IMG/VR virus record: IMGVR_UViG_3300045988_088524
Span: 1-38,670 of that record
Length of the DNA stretch: 38,670 bases
Source of the DNA: a virus
Direction: 5' to 3' (one strand)
In this document: one piece after another, positions 24,235-32,881 of the stretch
Position numbering within the stretch: the first letter of the stretch is position 1
Layout of the letters: every line of letters begins with the position of its first letter
The notes under the pieces: generated by a model
The model's input: the letters and a program-made list of their open reading frames with translations, nothing else
What the model was told of the DNA's origin: nothing
Database searches by the model: none
Translations under genes and position numbers: made by a program

Positions 24235-24447
24235 ATGGAGGTGGTACCAATGGTACCGACGATTAAAGACACGCTTTGCTGGGCGTGCGCAAAAGCCTGC
24301 GGTGGTCATGATTGTCCATGGGCGGCGGAGCTTAAGCCTGTGAGGGGTTGGGTGGCGGAAGAAACTGTCCGAAGTTATAAGGACAATTTGGAAATTAGGT
24401 CATATCGGGTCATCGCATGCCCGCTTTACGAAAAGGGGCGGAGGTGA
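24235..24447 (+). CDS. small Cys-rich (zinc-ribbon-like) protein
   Basis: Contains CWACAKACGGHDCPW...CPLY. A better RBS (GGAGGTGG) serves the internal ATG at 24250. Confidence 0.5.
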   Translation: MEVVPMVPTIKDTLCWACAKACGGHDCPWAAELKPVRGWVAEETVRSYKDNLEIRSYRVIACPLYEKGRR

Positions 24448-24484
24448 GGGAGAATGAAAGTAACAGAAAGAAGAGGGTTTTAAA

Positions 24485-24589
24485 ATGATTAGATGCACAA
24501 ACATAAAACGTTGGCGTAAAGCTGACTATAAGCAAAGGCTGTCCGAAAAGATGCTGCCCCGTGTGGGCATTTTGCAGAAAGGAGATTGA
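24485..24589 (+). CDS. 34-aa basic ORF
   Basis: MIRCTNIKRWRKADYKQRLSEKMLPRVGILQKGD. RBS GAGGG. Confidence 0.25.
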   Translation: MIRCTNIKRWRKADYKQRLSEKMLPRVGILQKGD

Positions 24590-24591
24590 CA

Positions 24592-24942
24592 ATGACTGAA
24601 TACATTGACAGGGAAGCGTTTAAGAAAAGTGTCGAGGGGCGTTATTGCAAGCCGTGCAAGGCGGAGGGGAAAGACCACAACGAACGTTGGTGTCGTACCT
24701 GTTGGGTTGACGATATGCTCGATGAGGCAGATTGCTTCCAGCCGTCTGATGTTGCACCCGTAAAGCACGGGCGTTGGTTCAAAGAGGATAGAGCTGTTAC
24801 CTGTAGCAATTGTGGCCGCTGCTATGATAGCGACTTTGAGATAAAAGCCGCAATTGTAATGAAGTTCGAGCATTGTCCCGATTGCGGTGCGATTATGGAC
24901 GAGGAACGGGGGGTGAGGGAGAATGAAAGTGGAAATGACTAA
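24592..24942 (+). CDS. Cys-rich protein, function unknown
   Basis: 116 aa from ATG 24592 (RBS AAAGGAGA). Contains CKPC...CRTC and CSNCGRC...CPDC. Confidence 0.5.
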   Translation: MTEYIDREAFKKSVEGRYCKPCKAEGKDHNERWCRTCWVDDMLDEADCFQPSDVAPVKHGRWFKEDRAVTCSNCGRCYDSDFEIKAAIVMKFEHCPDCGAIMDEERGVRENESGND

Positions 24943-25219
24943 GCGCAGGTACGCTAGATATACTGAGAGTGATATACTTAAAGAGGCCCGCATGTTTTGC
25001 GAAGCCCGCATCAGCATTGCCGGGATTGCGAAGCGTCTGCAGATGTCCTGCTCAACGGTGTCCTGGCATTTGCTCTACCCATTGAAAAACATAAATTACA
25101 GCCTGTGGGTTGCCGTACGTAAGGAATGCTTTACACACGCCAAGAAGCCCGAGTATTACATGAACGAAACCGATTTAATTGAAGTCGGCGTAACTCAAAG
25201 GAGGGCTGGTAATGACTGA
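24923..25219 (+). CDS. SpoIIID-like HTH DNA-binding protein
   Basis: IAKRLQMSCSTVSWHLLYPLKNINYSLWVAVRKE parallels SpoIIID IAKEFGVSKSTVHKDLTERLPEINPDLANEVKE. Confidence 0.5.
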   Translation: MKVEMTKRRYARYTESDILKEARMFCEARISIAGIAKRLQMSCSTVSWHLLYPLKNINYSLWVAVRKECFTHAKKPEYYMNETDLIEVGVTQRRAGND

Positions 25220-26618
25220 ACGGTGGCGGAATCAGGAAGAAGCGTACCAATTTGCTATACAGCACCCATCAGTCATGCTCGACATGGACATGGGAACGGG
25301 GAAAACCCGTGTGGCCATTGATGTTATGCTCGCCCGCTCAGATGTCAAGCGTGTGCTGGTTGTATGTCCTAAGGCGGTGGTGCCCGTATGGCGAACTAAC
25401 ATCGAGAAATTCTACCCCAACGATTCAAGTGTGCAGATATGGGACCAGCAAAAAGGTACCGTAAAGGCTAAGGTGGAGGACATCAAGAAATTTTTCAAAA
25501 CGACTGCCGACGCGCAGAAAATTGTTATGGTAATGAATTATGACATAGTGTGGCGTGACCCAATGGGTGACTTAATGCGACAGCTACGCTTTGACATGGC
25601 GGTGCTCGACGAAAGCCACCGAATTAAAGCGGCAGGGTCAAAGGTAAGTAAGTATCTTGCTTTACTTGGTAAAAGCGTCCCGTACAAAATGTGCTTATCA
25701 GGAACGCCTATGGCGAACAGTCCGCTCGACGTGTACGGACAGTATAGATTTCTCGACCCGTCAATATTCGGCACGAACCACACGGCATTTCTCAGCAAGT
25801 ACGCCATTATGAGCTACACCACTCCGCCCTTTGTGATTGGATGTAAAAATCTGCAGGAGTTGAACAGTAAATTTAGCTCCATAGCGTACACTTGCAAGAT
25901 GTCGGACATCCGGGACCGATTAAAATTGCCCGAGGAGCTTCCACCGAATGTAATTAGGCTGTCCCTTTCTGCCAAGGATTGTACGACTTGCAAAAACTTA
26001 AACAAAGAGTTTATTGCGGAGTGTAAACAGGGTCAGTATGTTGTGTTAAGTAATGTACTTGCTAAAGTGTTACGACTACAGCAGATTACATCAGGTTTCT
26101 GCATGGCGCAGGCGAATCCTGAGGACACCCCGACCGAGGTGGAGCTAAACCATACTAAAGCAGACGCGTTAAAGGAACTCCTGCAGGACACCAATAGGGA
26201 TGAGAAAGTAGTGGTGTTCTGTATTTTCAAGCACGACATTAAAGCTGTACATGATGTGTGTCGCAGTTTGGGGGTCGCTTCGTTTGAGTTATCAGGCAGG
26301 GCTGACACATTCGGGACCTGGCGGGAGCGTCAGAGCGGAGGAGTTATTGCCGTGCAGATACAAGCAGGAGCCGAGGGCATTGACATGACTTGTGCGAGGA
26401 CGTGCGTGTACTACGGCTTACCACATTCATTAGCTTTATACGAACAGTCCAAAGCAAGACTGTACAGACCCGGGCAGGAGCATAGAGTGCTGTTTAACTA
26501 TTTGGTGTGTGAAAACACCATAGACGAGTTAATTTACAGCACATTGAATAACAAGCGTGACCTAATTACCGAAGTGAAATCCGGCAACATAGACTTGGGA
26601 TACCTTAAAGGTAAATGA
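25212..26618 (+). CDS. SNF2-family helicase
   Basis: Contains DMGTGKT, DESHRIK, SGTPMANSPLDVYGQYRFLDP and a C-terminal helicase domain. Confidence 0.9.
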   Translation: MTERWRNQEEAYQFAIQHPSVMLDMDMGTGKTRVAIDVMLARSDVKRVLVVCPKAVVPVWRTNIEKFYPNDSSVQIWDQQKGTVKAKVEDIKKFFKTTADAQKIVMVMNYDIVWRDPMGDLMRQLRFDMAVLDESHRIKAAGSKVSKYLALLGKSVPYKMCLSGTPMANSPLDVYGQYRFLDPSIFGTNHTAFLSKYAIMSYTTPPFVIGCKNLQELNSKFSSIAYTCKMSDIRDRLKLPEELPPNVIRLSLSAKDCTTCKNLNKEFIAECKQGQYVVLSNVLAKVLRLQQITSGFCMAQANPEDTPTEVELNHTKADALKELLQDTNRDEKVVVFCIFKHDIKAVHDVCRSLGVASFELSGRADTFGTWRERQSGGVIAVQIQAGAEGIDMTCARTCVYYGLPHSLALYEQSKARLYRPGQEHRVLFNYLVCENTIDELIYSTLNNKRDLITEVKSGNIDLGYLKGK

Positions 26619-26619
26619 A

Positions 26620-26649
26620 TTGACAAGGCATAACTTGTCGTGTTATAAT
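26620..26649 (+). promoter_or_regulatory. promoter
   Basis: TTGACA, 18 nt, TGT-TATAAT. Confidence 0.6.
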
Positions 26650-26671
26650 GGTATAAGAGGAGGACGATAAC

Positions 26672-27067
26672 ATGAAGGACTTGTTAACCACATGTGCCAC
26701 ATGCGGCATAAGTTTTTGGTGCGAAAGAGGGACCATTTACAGAGCAACAGTTAAAGGTTGTGTTAAGCGGTTCTGCTCTTATATATGTTGGATGAAATAT
26801 AAGGAGGAAAAACACATGGCAAAAATAATAATCAAAAACAGACTTAAAGAATATCGCGACCGCGCAAGGCTCACCTTGCAGGAGGTCAGCATCTTAACAG
26901 GTTTCGACATTACGACCATCAGCCGCCACGAATCGGGACAGCGTGGGCTGTCCGATGAAGCTATGGAGAAGTACGCTGCGCTCTATAAGGTAAAGACACA
27001 CGAACTGCTTGATTTAAGAGGTGGCGATGATGAACAGTGTACTAACGCAGGCGAATGGATATATTGA
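26672..27067 (+). CDS. XRE-family HTH regulator with N-terminal Cys-rich extension (nested in-frame start at 26816)
   Basis: The HTH is LTLQEVSILTGFDITTISRHESGQRG. Both ATG 26672 and ATG 26816 have strong GGAGGA sites. Confidence 0.7.
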   Translation: MKDLLTTCATCGISFWCERGTIYRATVKGCVKRFCSYICWMKYKEEKHMAKIIIKNRLKEYRDRARLTLQEVSILTGFDITTISRHESGQRGLSDEAMEKYAALYKVKTHELLDLRGGDDEQCTNAGEWIY

Positions 27068-28832
27068 CCAGGGTTGGTCAATTCTCCCCGTAAAGCCGTC
27101 AGAGAAGCGCCCGTACATGACGAATTGGCTGCAATATCAGCACACCAAGGCAACCAAGGACATGGCAAACAGCTGGTTCACTTCTTTGACGGGTGCTGGT
27201 GTGGGTATGGTGACGGGTCGAATTTCCAACGTGGTTGTTCTTGATGTTGAGAGCTACTGCAAAATATCGATAGGGGAACTGTTGCGTCGTTACCCGACAC
27301 AGATGGTTTCTCGGACGGGCACGGGTGGCTATCATTTGTTTTACCTCTACCCCACCGGTATGCCAAAGGTTGCAAACCGAGTGGGAATATTTGATGGTGC
27401 TGATTTGAGAGCCGACGGTGGTTTTATCGTACTACCGCCTACTAGGCACCCAAACGGACACCCGTATGAATGGGTAAAGAGAGGACCGCTTGGTGTGTTC
27501 CCGAAAGCTCTCCTTGACATTCAGAGCCAGCCCAAGACACAGGGGGACGGGTGGATAACGGAAGCTCTCCGCGGTGTTTCCGAGGGCGGAAGAAACGATA
27601 CCTGCGCCAGACTGGCAGGATATTTTTTCCACAAGGGTCTGAATGCAGATATCGTAGAAGCTTTACTGACTGAATGGAATGAGCGCAACGACCCGCCGCT
27701 TCCCATGCGTGAAATCCGGGTCACGATAAAATCCATCGAGCGTTCGTGCGCTGTCGTCGATGGGCAGTTTACAAGCGTCGAATACGAAGACGACACGAAG
27801 ACTGCTTCGAAAGCCCCAGAGAATTCAACGTTCGATTTACTGCGGATGCGAGATTACGTTAAAGGATATGGCGGCGAGGGCGCAACATGGTTGGTTCAAG
27901 ACTGGCTGCCAGACAAGTCTATCACATTCCTTGTTTCTCCCCCGGAGAGCTACAAGACGTGGATATTGCTGGATTTAGCGGTGTCAATAAGCACTGGACT
28001 GCCTTTTCTGGGGCAGGCTAGGGTGAATAAGACTGGTCCCACTATGATAATTCAGCAGGAGGACAGCCACGGAGGACTGACCGAGCGACTGGCGTTGATA
28101 GCGGAGCAGAAGATGGGTATGGCGGTTAATCTCGGAAACGAGGCATGGCAGATACCCTGCATTCCTGACCTACCAATATACATACACCCGTCGAGAATGC
28201 TGCGCTTCGACAACGACAAAGTGCTGAAAGAGCTGGAGGGGCAGATAAAAACCATCAAACCGAGGGTTATACTGATAGACCCGCTATACTCTACAACTTC
28301 GGGTGTGGACAACTATATGGCGGACCTCGCCAACCAGATGATGATACTCAAGACTTGGCGTGATAAATACGGGTGCTCGTTCGTGTTGGCACACCATTCC
28401 AAGAAAAATCTCGACCCCGACAGTACAGCCCGTGAAGATTCATGGGGTTCGCAGTTCCTTAACGCGTTCCTTGAAGCGGGTTGGCAGGTACGCCGAAATC
28501 AAAAGCTTGCGCCGAATGAGGTAGTAGTTAGACGGCATTCAAAGGTGATGGGTAATCAGGCACCTATCTCGTTAACGTTCGATATCTCGACATCGTATCC
28601 GATGAAATATCAGGTGACTGCCCGCCAGTATGAAACTCAGGCTGCGCCCGCTCCAGCTCCCGCACAGGCGTACATACTGGAGGCTTTCGATGGGCGCGAG
28701 TTCTCACAGAAAGATGTGATTAACGTGACGGGTAAATCCCCATCAACGGTAAGCCGTCAAATCAAACAACTTGAAGCCACAGGAGCAATTGAGAAGATGC
28801 CGAGTGGCAAATGGCGCAGAAAGGAGGAATAA
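27027..28832 (+). CDS. primase-polymerase / PriCT / RepA-like (AAA_25) ATPase with C-terminal winged helix
   Basis: Contains WSILPV, VVLDVE, GGYHLFY, LRADGGFIVLPPTRHPNGHPYEW and GGRNDTCARLAG. The ATPase core has SPPESYKT and VILIDPLYS. Confidence 0.85.
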   Translation: MMNSVLTQANGYIDQGWSILPVKPSEKRPYMTNWLQYQHTKATKDMANSWFTSLTGAGVGMVTGRISNVVVLDVESYCKISIGELLRRYPTQMVSRTGTGGYHLFYLYPTGMPKVANRVGIFDGADLRADGGFIVLPPTRHPNGHPYEWVKRGPLGVFPKALLDIQSQPKTQGDGWITEALRGVSEGGRNDTCARLAGYFFHKGLNADIVEALLTEWNERNDPPLPMREIRVTIKSIERSCAVVDGQFTSVEYEDDTKTASKAPENSTFDLLRMRDYVKGYGGEGATWLVQDWLPDKSITFLVSPPESYKTWILLDLAVSISTGLPFLGQARVNKTGPTMIIQQEDSHGGLTERLALIAEQKMGMAVNLGNEAWQIPCIPDLPIYIHPSRMLRFDNDKVLKELEGQIKTIKPRVILIDPLYSTTSGVDNYMADLANQMMILKTWRDKYGCSFVLAHHSKKNLDPDSTAREDSWGSQFLNAFLEAGWQVRRNQKLAPNEVVVRRHSKVMGNQAPISLTFDISTSYPMKYQVTARQYETQAAPAPAPAQAYILEAFDGREFSQKDVINVTGKSPSTVSRQIKQLEATGAIEKMPSGKWRRKEE

Positions 28833-28835
28833 CAA

Positions 28836-29216
28836 ATGGCAACGTGTTTGGACGGGCGACTCAAATACTGGGTAGGCGTTTTAAACCTGCAGGAATGGAA
28901 CATCACACTTGTGACTGACTGCAGCCCCAATGATATGACGCTTTCGGGCGTCGCAGGTGAGACAGAGTGGAGTGACACGCTCAGAACCGCTGTGATACGG
29001 ATTATCAACCCTAAAGACTGGGGTGAACGGGTTGTACCGTTTAACCCCGAAAAGACGTTGGTGCATGAACTTCTGCACCTGAAGTTTAGCGCATTGGACG
29101 AGAGTGGCGACCCGCTTAGGGACAAATTAACTCATCGTCTGATAGAGGATTTTGCCAAGGTGCTGATTACAGTGAAAAGCGAGGGGTGGAAAGCAGATGC
29201 CGTTGAAGAAAGGTAA
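28836..29216 (+). CDS. small HExxH-motif protein (putative metallopeptidase-like)
   Basis: 126 aa with LVHELLHL. Confidence 0.4.
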   Translation: MATCLDGRLKYWVGVLNLQEWNITLVTDCSPNDMTLSGVAGETEWSDTLRTAVIRIINPKDWGERVVPFNPEKTLVHELLHLKFSALDESGDPLRDKLTHRLIEDFAKVLITVKSEGWKADAVEER

Positions 29217-29343
29217 ATCAAAGAAAGCTATCTCAAGCAACATCGCAACCCTCCGCAAGGAGGGCAAGCCCGAAAAGCAGGCAATAGCAATTGCTATGAG
29301 CAAGGCGGGCAAATCTAAAAAGAAGAAAGGTAGAAAATCATGA
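29197..29343 (+). CDS. 48-aa basic protein
   Basis: [52 protein letters not shown] overlap with the methyltransferase start. It is below the track cutoff. Confidence 0.5.
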   Translation: MPLKKGKSKKAISSNIATLRKEGKPEKQAIAIAMSKAGKSKKKKGRKS

Positions 29344-31037
29344 ATGTACTGAGTTTATTTGATGGTATGTCATGTGGTTTGATAGCGTTTACCGAATTGG
29401 GTATCCCTGTAGACAGATACGTTGCATACGAGATAGACAAGTACGCTGTTCAAACTAGTAAACACAATTTCCCAAATGTTGAACAAATGGGTGATGTATT
29501 TGGCGCGGATTTCAGCGTATACGAGGGGTTTGACATCCTTATCGGCGGTTCGCCCTGTACCTATTGGAGCATCGCACAGTCAGCGGACAAGAGAGAGAGA
29601 ACAGCAAGTGGTGTTGGTTGGGAGCTATTCAGTCAGTATGTCAGAGCACTTAAGGAGAGCAAGCCAAAATACTTTCTTTATGAGAACAACAAATCTATGA
29701 GCAAGGAAATCCGAATGTCAATTACTGAAACTTTTGGGTTCGAACCAATTTGTATAAATTCCGCACTCGTTTCTGCACAGAACAGACAACGTTTATACTG
29801 GGTTGGTAAGAGAAATTCCGATGGTACATATAGTAAAGTTGGTGTTGGTCAACCCGAAGATAGAGGAATTCTTCTAAAAGATGTACTCGAGGCTGGGGAA
29901 GATTTGACGTCGAAAAACAAAAGTTGGGTGCTAACATCATCTTATAATGGTGCTGTTCCGTGGAACACCATTGAAAGATGTCAAAGAAACATGGTTGCTG
30001 AGCCAGTAAACACCACTACAGATGGTAAGGCACAATGCCTGAGAGCGACGTGTTATAAAGATGGCATACGGAACATGGTTGGTAACGATGTTGACAAGAG
30101 GACATGTGTAGCTGAGTGTGTGAGCAGTAAGGGTGCTCCATACAATGTAGTTGCTGAACCTGTATGTATGCGTTATGAAAGATCTGAGGAAGCGAAGAAA
30201 TGTCGTAAACAGTATGAGAATGGCGAAATACATCATGGATTCCATGAATTAAGTGAATTGCACCCGAGAACCGATGGAAAAACAAACACGTTATCGACTG
30301 TGTTAAAGGACAACCCGATTTGTGTACCCATCGTTGAATGTGTAAGCTCTCGTGGGGTTTACCGTGACACGGGCAGCAGGAGCAGAAAGTCTGAAGCGGG
30401 GACGGAACAGCACTTTGAAGTGCGTGGTGGGGGTAAAACGAATGCCTTAACTACAGTGCAAAAGGACAATATGGTTGCAGTCGGTGTAAGTATGCAGGTT
30501 GCGGGCAGAAAACGACAAGAAGATGGTTCTTTCGTACGAGTACCTGAAGCTCGTACCGATGGTAAGACGACTGCACTAACCTCAGTAGAGGCGAGAAGAC
30601 TTGTGGCTATACAGGTCGGTGCATTGCCAAGACCAAACGGTGAGTTATCAAAATCGCAGGGCATGCGGATTTACGATTTCAACGCTAAAAGTGTTACGTT
30701 AACGGCTGGTGGTGGTGGTGGCATGGGAGGCAAAACGGGGCTGTATGCTGTACAAGCTGGTAATGAAACAAACACTCCAGTTTACAAAGTAGAAAACGGG
30801 CTTATCGAAATTAACGGTAAGAAGTATCCCATTAAACTGAAAGATGGTTGTTACGCCATACGCAAGTTAACGGTAAACGAATGTAAACGATTACAGACAG
30901 TACCCGATTGGTTTAAGTTTCCCGTGAGTAACACGCAGGCTTACAAGATGCTTGGCAATGGCTGGACCGTCAGCGTAATCATGCATTTGTTGTCGTCAAT
31001 ATTAAAGGAGGAAAATAAGAATGCCGAAGAACACTAA
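29340..31037 (+). CDS. DNA (cytosine-5) methyltransferase with an expanded, internally repeated variable region
   Basis: Motif I LFDGMSCG, motif [11 protein letters not shown], motif VI YENN, motif VIII QNRQR, motif [20 protein letters not shown] and motif X GNGWTV. There are 356 aa between motifs VIII and IX. Confidence 0.85.
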   Translation: MNVLSLFDGMSCGLIAFTELGIPVDRYVAYEIDKYAVQTSKHNFPNVEQMGDVFGADFSVYEGFDILIGGSPCTYWSIAQSADKRERTASGVGWELFSQYVRALKESKPKYFLYENNKSMSKEIRMSITETFGFEPICINSALVSAQNRQRLYWVGKRNSDGTYSKVGVGQPEDRGILLKDVLEAGEDLTSKNKSWVLTSSYNGAVPWNTIERCQRNMVAEPVNTTTDGKAQCLRATCYKDGIRNMVGNDVDKRTCVAECVSSKGAPYNVVAEPVCMRYERSEEAKKCRKQYENGEIHHGFHELSELHPRTDGKTNTLSTVLKDNPICVPIVECVSSRGVYRDTGSRSRKSEAGTEQHFEVRGGGKTNALTTVQKDNMVAVGVSMQVAGRKRQEDGSFVRVPEARTDGKTTALTSVEARRLVAIQVGALPRPNGELSKSQGMRIYDFNAKSVTLTAGGGGGMGGKTGLYAVQAGNETNTPVYKVENGLIEINGKKYPIKLKDGCYAIRKLTVNECKRLQTVPDWFKFPVSNTQAYKMLGNGWTVSVIMHLLSSILKEENKNAEEH

Positions 31038-32091
31038 GGGCTTATTCCCTGAGGGGATGAACACTGATGGTATGGTCAGCGTGTCTCAGTTGCAGACATT
31101 TATGAGCTGCCCGAAGAAATGGGCGTACAACTATATAGAGAACCTGACCCCGCGCATTGAACGGCCGTTCCTTTCGGTCGGAAAGCTCTGTCATAAGGGT
31201 ATGGAAGTCGCCATGAAATACAAGTGGGAACACGAGCGAGAACCGGGGTGGTGTCGGGAAGATGCTCTTAGAGGGGGTATCTTTGCTATGGAGAGCGAGT
31301 GGCAGGAGTACATGAACAACAATTGTTTCCTGAGCGAGGAAATCCCTGCACAGGAGCAGATACTCGTCGATGCTCAGAGTGTTTTTGAACAGGCATTCTG
31401 GGAGTTCGATATTGACCGATACGAGGTTGTAGACATTTTCAAAGACGGCGTAAAGATTCCTGCGCTGGAGCTGCACTTCTTGATACCCTGTTCTGGCAGC
31501 AAGGGGCTGCACGGGTACATTGACGCAATACTGCGTGAAAAACAGACAGGGCATATTTGGTGTACGGATTACAAATTCCGCAAAAGTCTCTCACCTGACG
31601 AGGACGAGGCGTTTAACATACAGAATGCTGTGTACACAAGAGCCTGCGCCAAGATGGGTATTACTATTACAGGTACTATGACTTGGCAGCACATAAACAC
31701 ACCCACAGCTGACCCCGCTGTGCTGAAAAATGGCTCGTTCAGCCGCGCTAAAATTAAGACTACATGGCAGCATTACGCGGCTGTAGTGGCAGCTTCCGGC
31801 GGCAATCCCGACGAATACCGGGAAGAAATGGAGCTGAAGCTGGCGGACATCGAATGGTTCAGACCTACCCTTGAATACCGCAACCCCGAAACGGTGCAGC
31901 GGATTTGGGAGCAGTCAGTAGTTCCGGCGAGCTGGGCTGTCAAAAGGGCGTATAAGGCAAATAACCCCCGCTTCGTGTACCCGTGGAACTGCAAGATGTG
32001 TCAGTACGGCAGCCTGTGCCAGGCGGAGCTGCGCAATCATGACGCTGAATTTCTCAGGAGCGCCGAATATACAGTCAGAGAAAAGAAATAA
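31021..32091 (+). CDS. PD-(D/E)XK exonuclease, Cas4/RecB-like with 4-Cys cluster
   Basis: An N-terminal Cys (FMSCPKKW), GYIDAI...TDYKFRK, and C-terminal CKMCQYGSLC. Confidence 0.8.
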   Translation: MPKNTKGLFPEGMNTDGMVSVSQLQTFMSCPKKWAYNYIENLTPRIERPFLSVGKLCHKGMEVAMKYKWEHEREPGWCREDALRGGIFAMESEWQEYMNNNCFLSEEIPAQEQILVDAQSVFEQAFWEFDIDRYEVVDIFKDGVKIPALELHFLIPCSGSKGLHGYIDAILREKQTGHIWCTDYKFRKSLSPDEDEAFNIQNAVYTRACAKMGITITGTMTWQHINTPTADPAVLKNGSFSRAKIKTTWQHYAAVVAASGGNPDEYREEMELKLADIEWFRPTLEYRNPETVQRIWEQSVVPASWAVKRAYKANNPRFVYPWNCKMCQYGSLCQAELRNHDAEFLRSAEYTVREKK

Positions 32092-32112
32092 CGCGGGAGG
32101 CGCTCCTCGTGC

Positions 32113-32189
32113 TCTCCGTTACATTCTCGGTGGGAGGGTGGGGCATCGGTACGTATATCGCGTAGAATGCAAGAGAGATGTAACGGAGA
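32113..32189 (+). other. structured intergenic element C
   Basis: A perfect 12-bp inverted repeat, TCTCCGTTACAT (32113) / ATGTAACGGAGA (32178), encloses 53 nt. The 3' arm is preceded by GCAAGAGAGA, as in element B. Confidence 0.5.
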
Positions 32190-32242
32190 ACACAGGAGAA
32201 CATACTCTCCGTCATGTATCCCCTAACGTGACAATAAAGTAA

Positions 32243-32272
32243 TTGACATAGTATACCCGAGTGTGTTATAAT
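32243..32272 (+). promoter_or_regulatory. promoter
   Basis: TTGACA, 18 nt, TGT-TATAAT. Confidence 0.6.
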
Positions 32273-32294
32273 AGTAATATAGGAGGTGATAATA

Positions 32295-32867
32295 ATGATA
32301 TTGGTTCCGACAAACCCTAAAGAGGACTTTGTTTCAATCGTCAACAAACATATTAAGCGCGATGGTATTGCAGACTTAATGGATTGGATTGAAACAACAG
32401 ACTTCTTCGTGGCTCCTGCTTCGTCTAGATACCACGGAGCACATGAAGGTGGTCTGCTTGAACATAGTGTGGCAGTCTACCACCATCTTGTGAGCCTCGC
32501 CAACTTTTACAAAGTTGATGTCTCCATGGAAACTATCGCTATTGTAGCCCTGTTCCACGACCTTTGTAAAGTGGGTATGTACAAGACTGAAATGCGTTGG
32601 CGCAAGGACGCGAACAACCAGTGGGAACAGTACCCGACGTACAAACGTGACGAGGATTTCAAATTTGGCGGTCACGGCTCGAAATCAGTATACCTTGTGC
32701 AGAACTTCATAAAGCTGACTCCCGAAGAGGCTGTTGCAATCAACTGCCATATGGGACAGTGGGACGCAACAACTTACAGCGATGTATCTTCAGCTTTTGA
32801 AGACTGCCTGCTGGCGTGGGCGCTCCACGTGGCAGACGAAGCGGCGACTTACATCGACAAATCTTAA
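32295..32867 (+). CDS. HD-domain phosphohydrolase (candidate dNTP/dATP hydrolase)
   Basis: 190 aa from ATG 32295 (RBS AGGAGGTG). Contains LEHS, LFHDLCK and HVADEA. Confidence 0.8.
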   Translation: MILVPTNPKEDFVSIVNKHIKRDGIADLMDWIETTDFFVAPASSRYHGAHEGGLLEHSVAVYHHLVSLANFYKVDVSMETIAIVALFHDLCKVGMYKTEMRWRKDANNQWEQYPTYKRDEDFKFGGHGSKSVYLVQNFIKLTPEEAVAINCHMGQWDATTYSDVSSAFEDCLLAWALHVADEAATYIDKS

Positions 32868-32881
32868 CAGGAGGAAAGTAA

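Noticed and set aside
24455-24484. 9-codon ORF MKVTERRGF after the first copy of the 19-nt repeat
   Set aside because: It is too short and looks like a by-product of the duplicated RBS/start sequence. It is reported only as part of the repeat observation.
32039-32242. 67-aa plus-strand ORF spanning the exonuclease stop and element C
   Set aside because: It starts inside the Cas4-like gene and has no RBS. The region is better explained by conserved inverted repeats.
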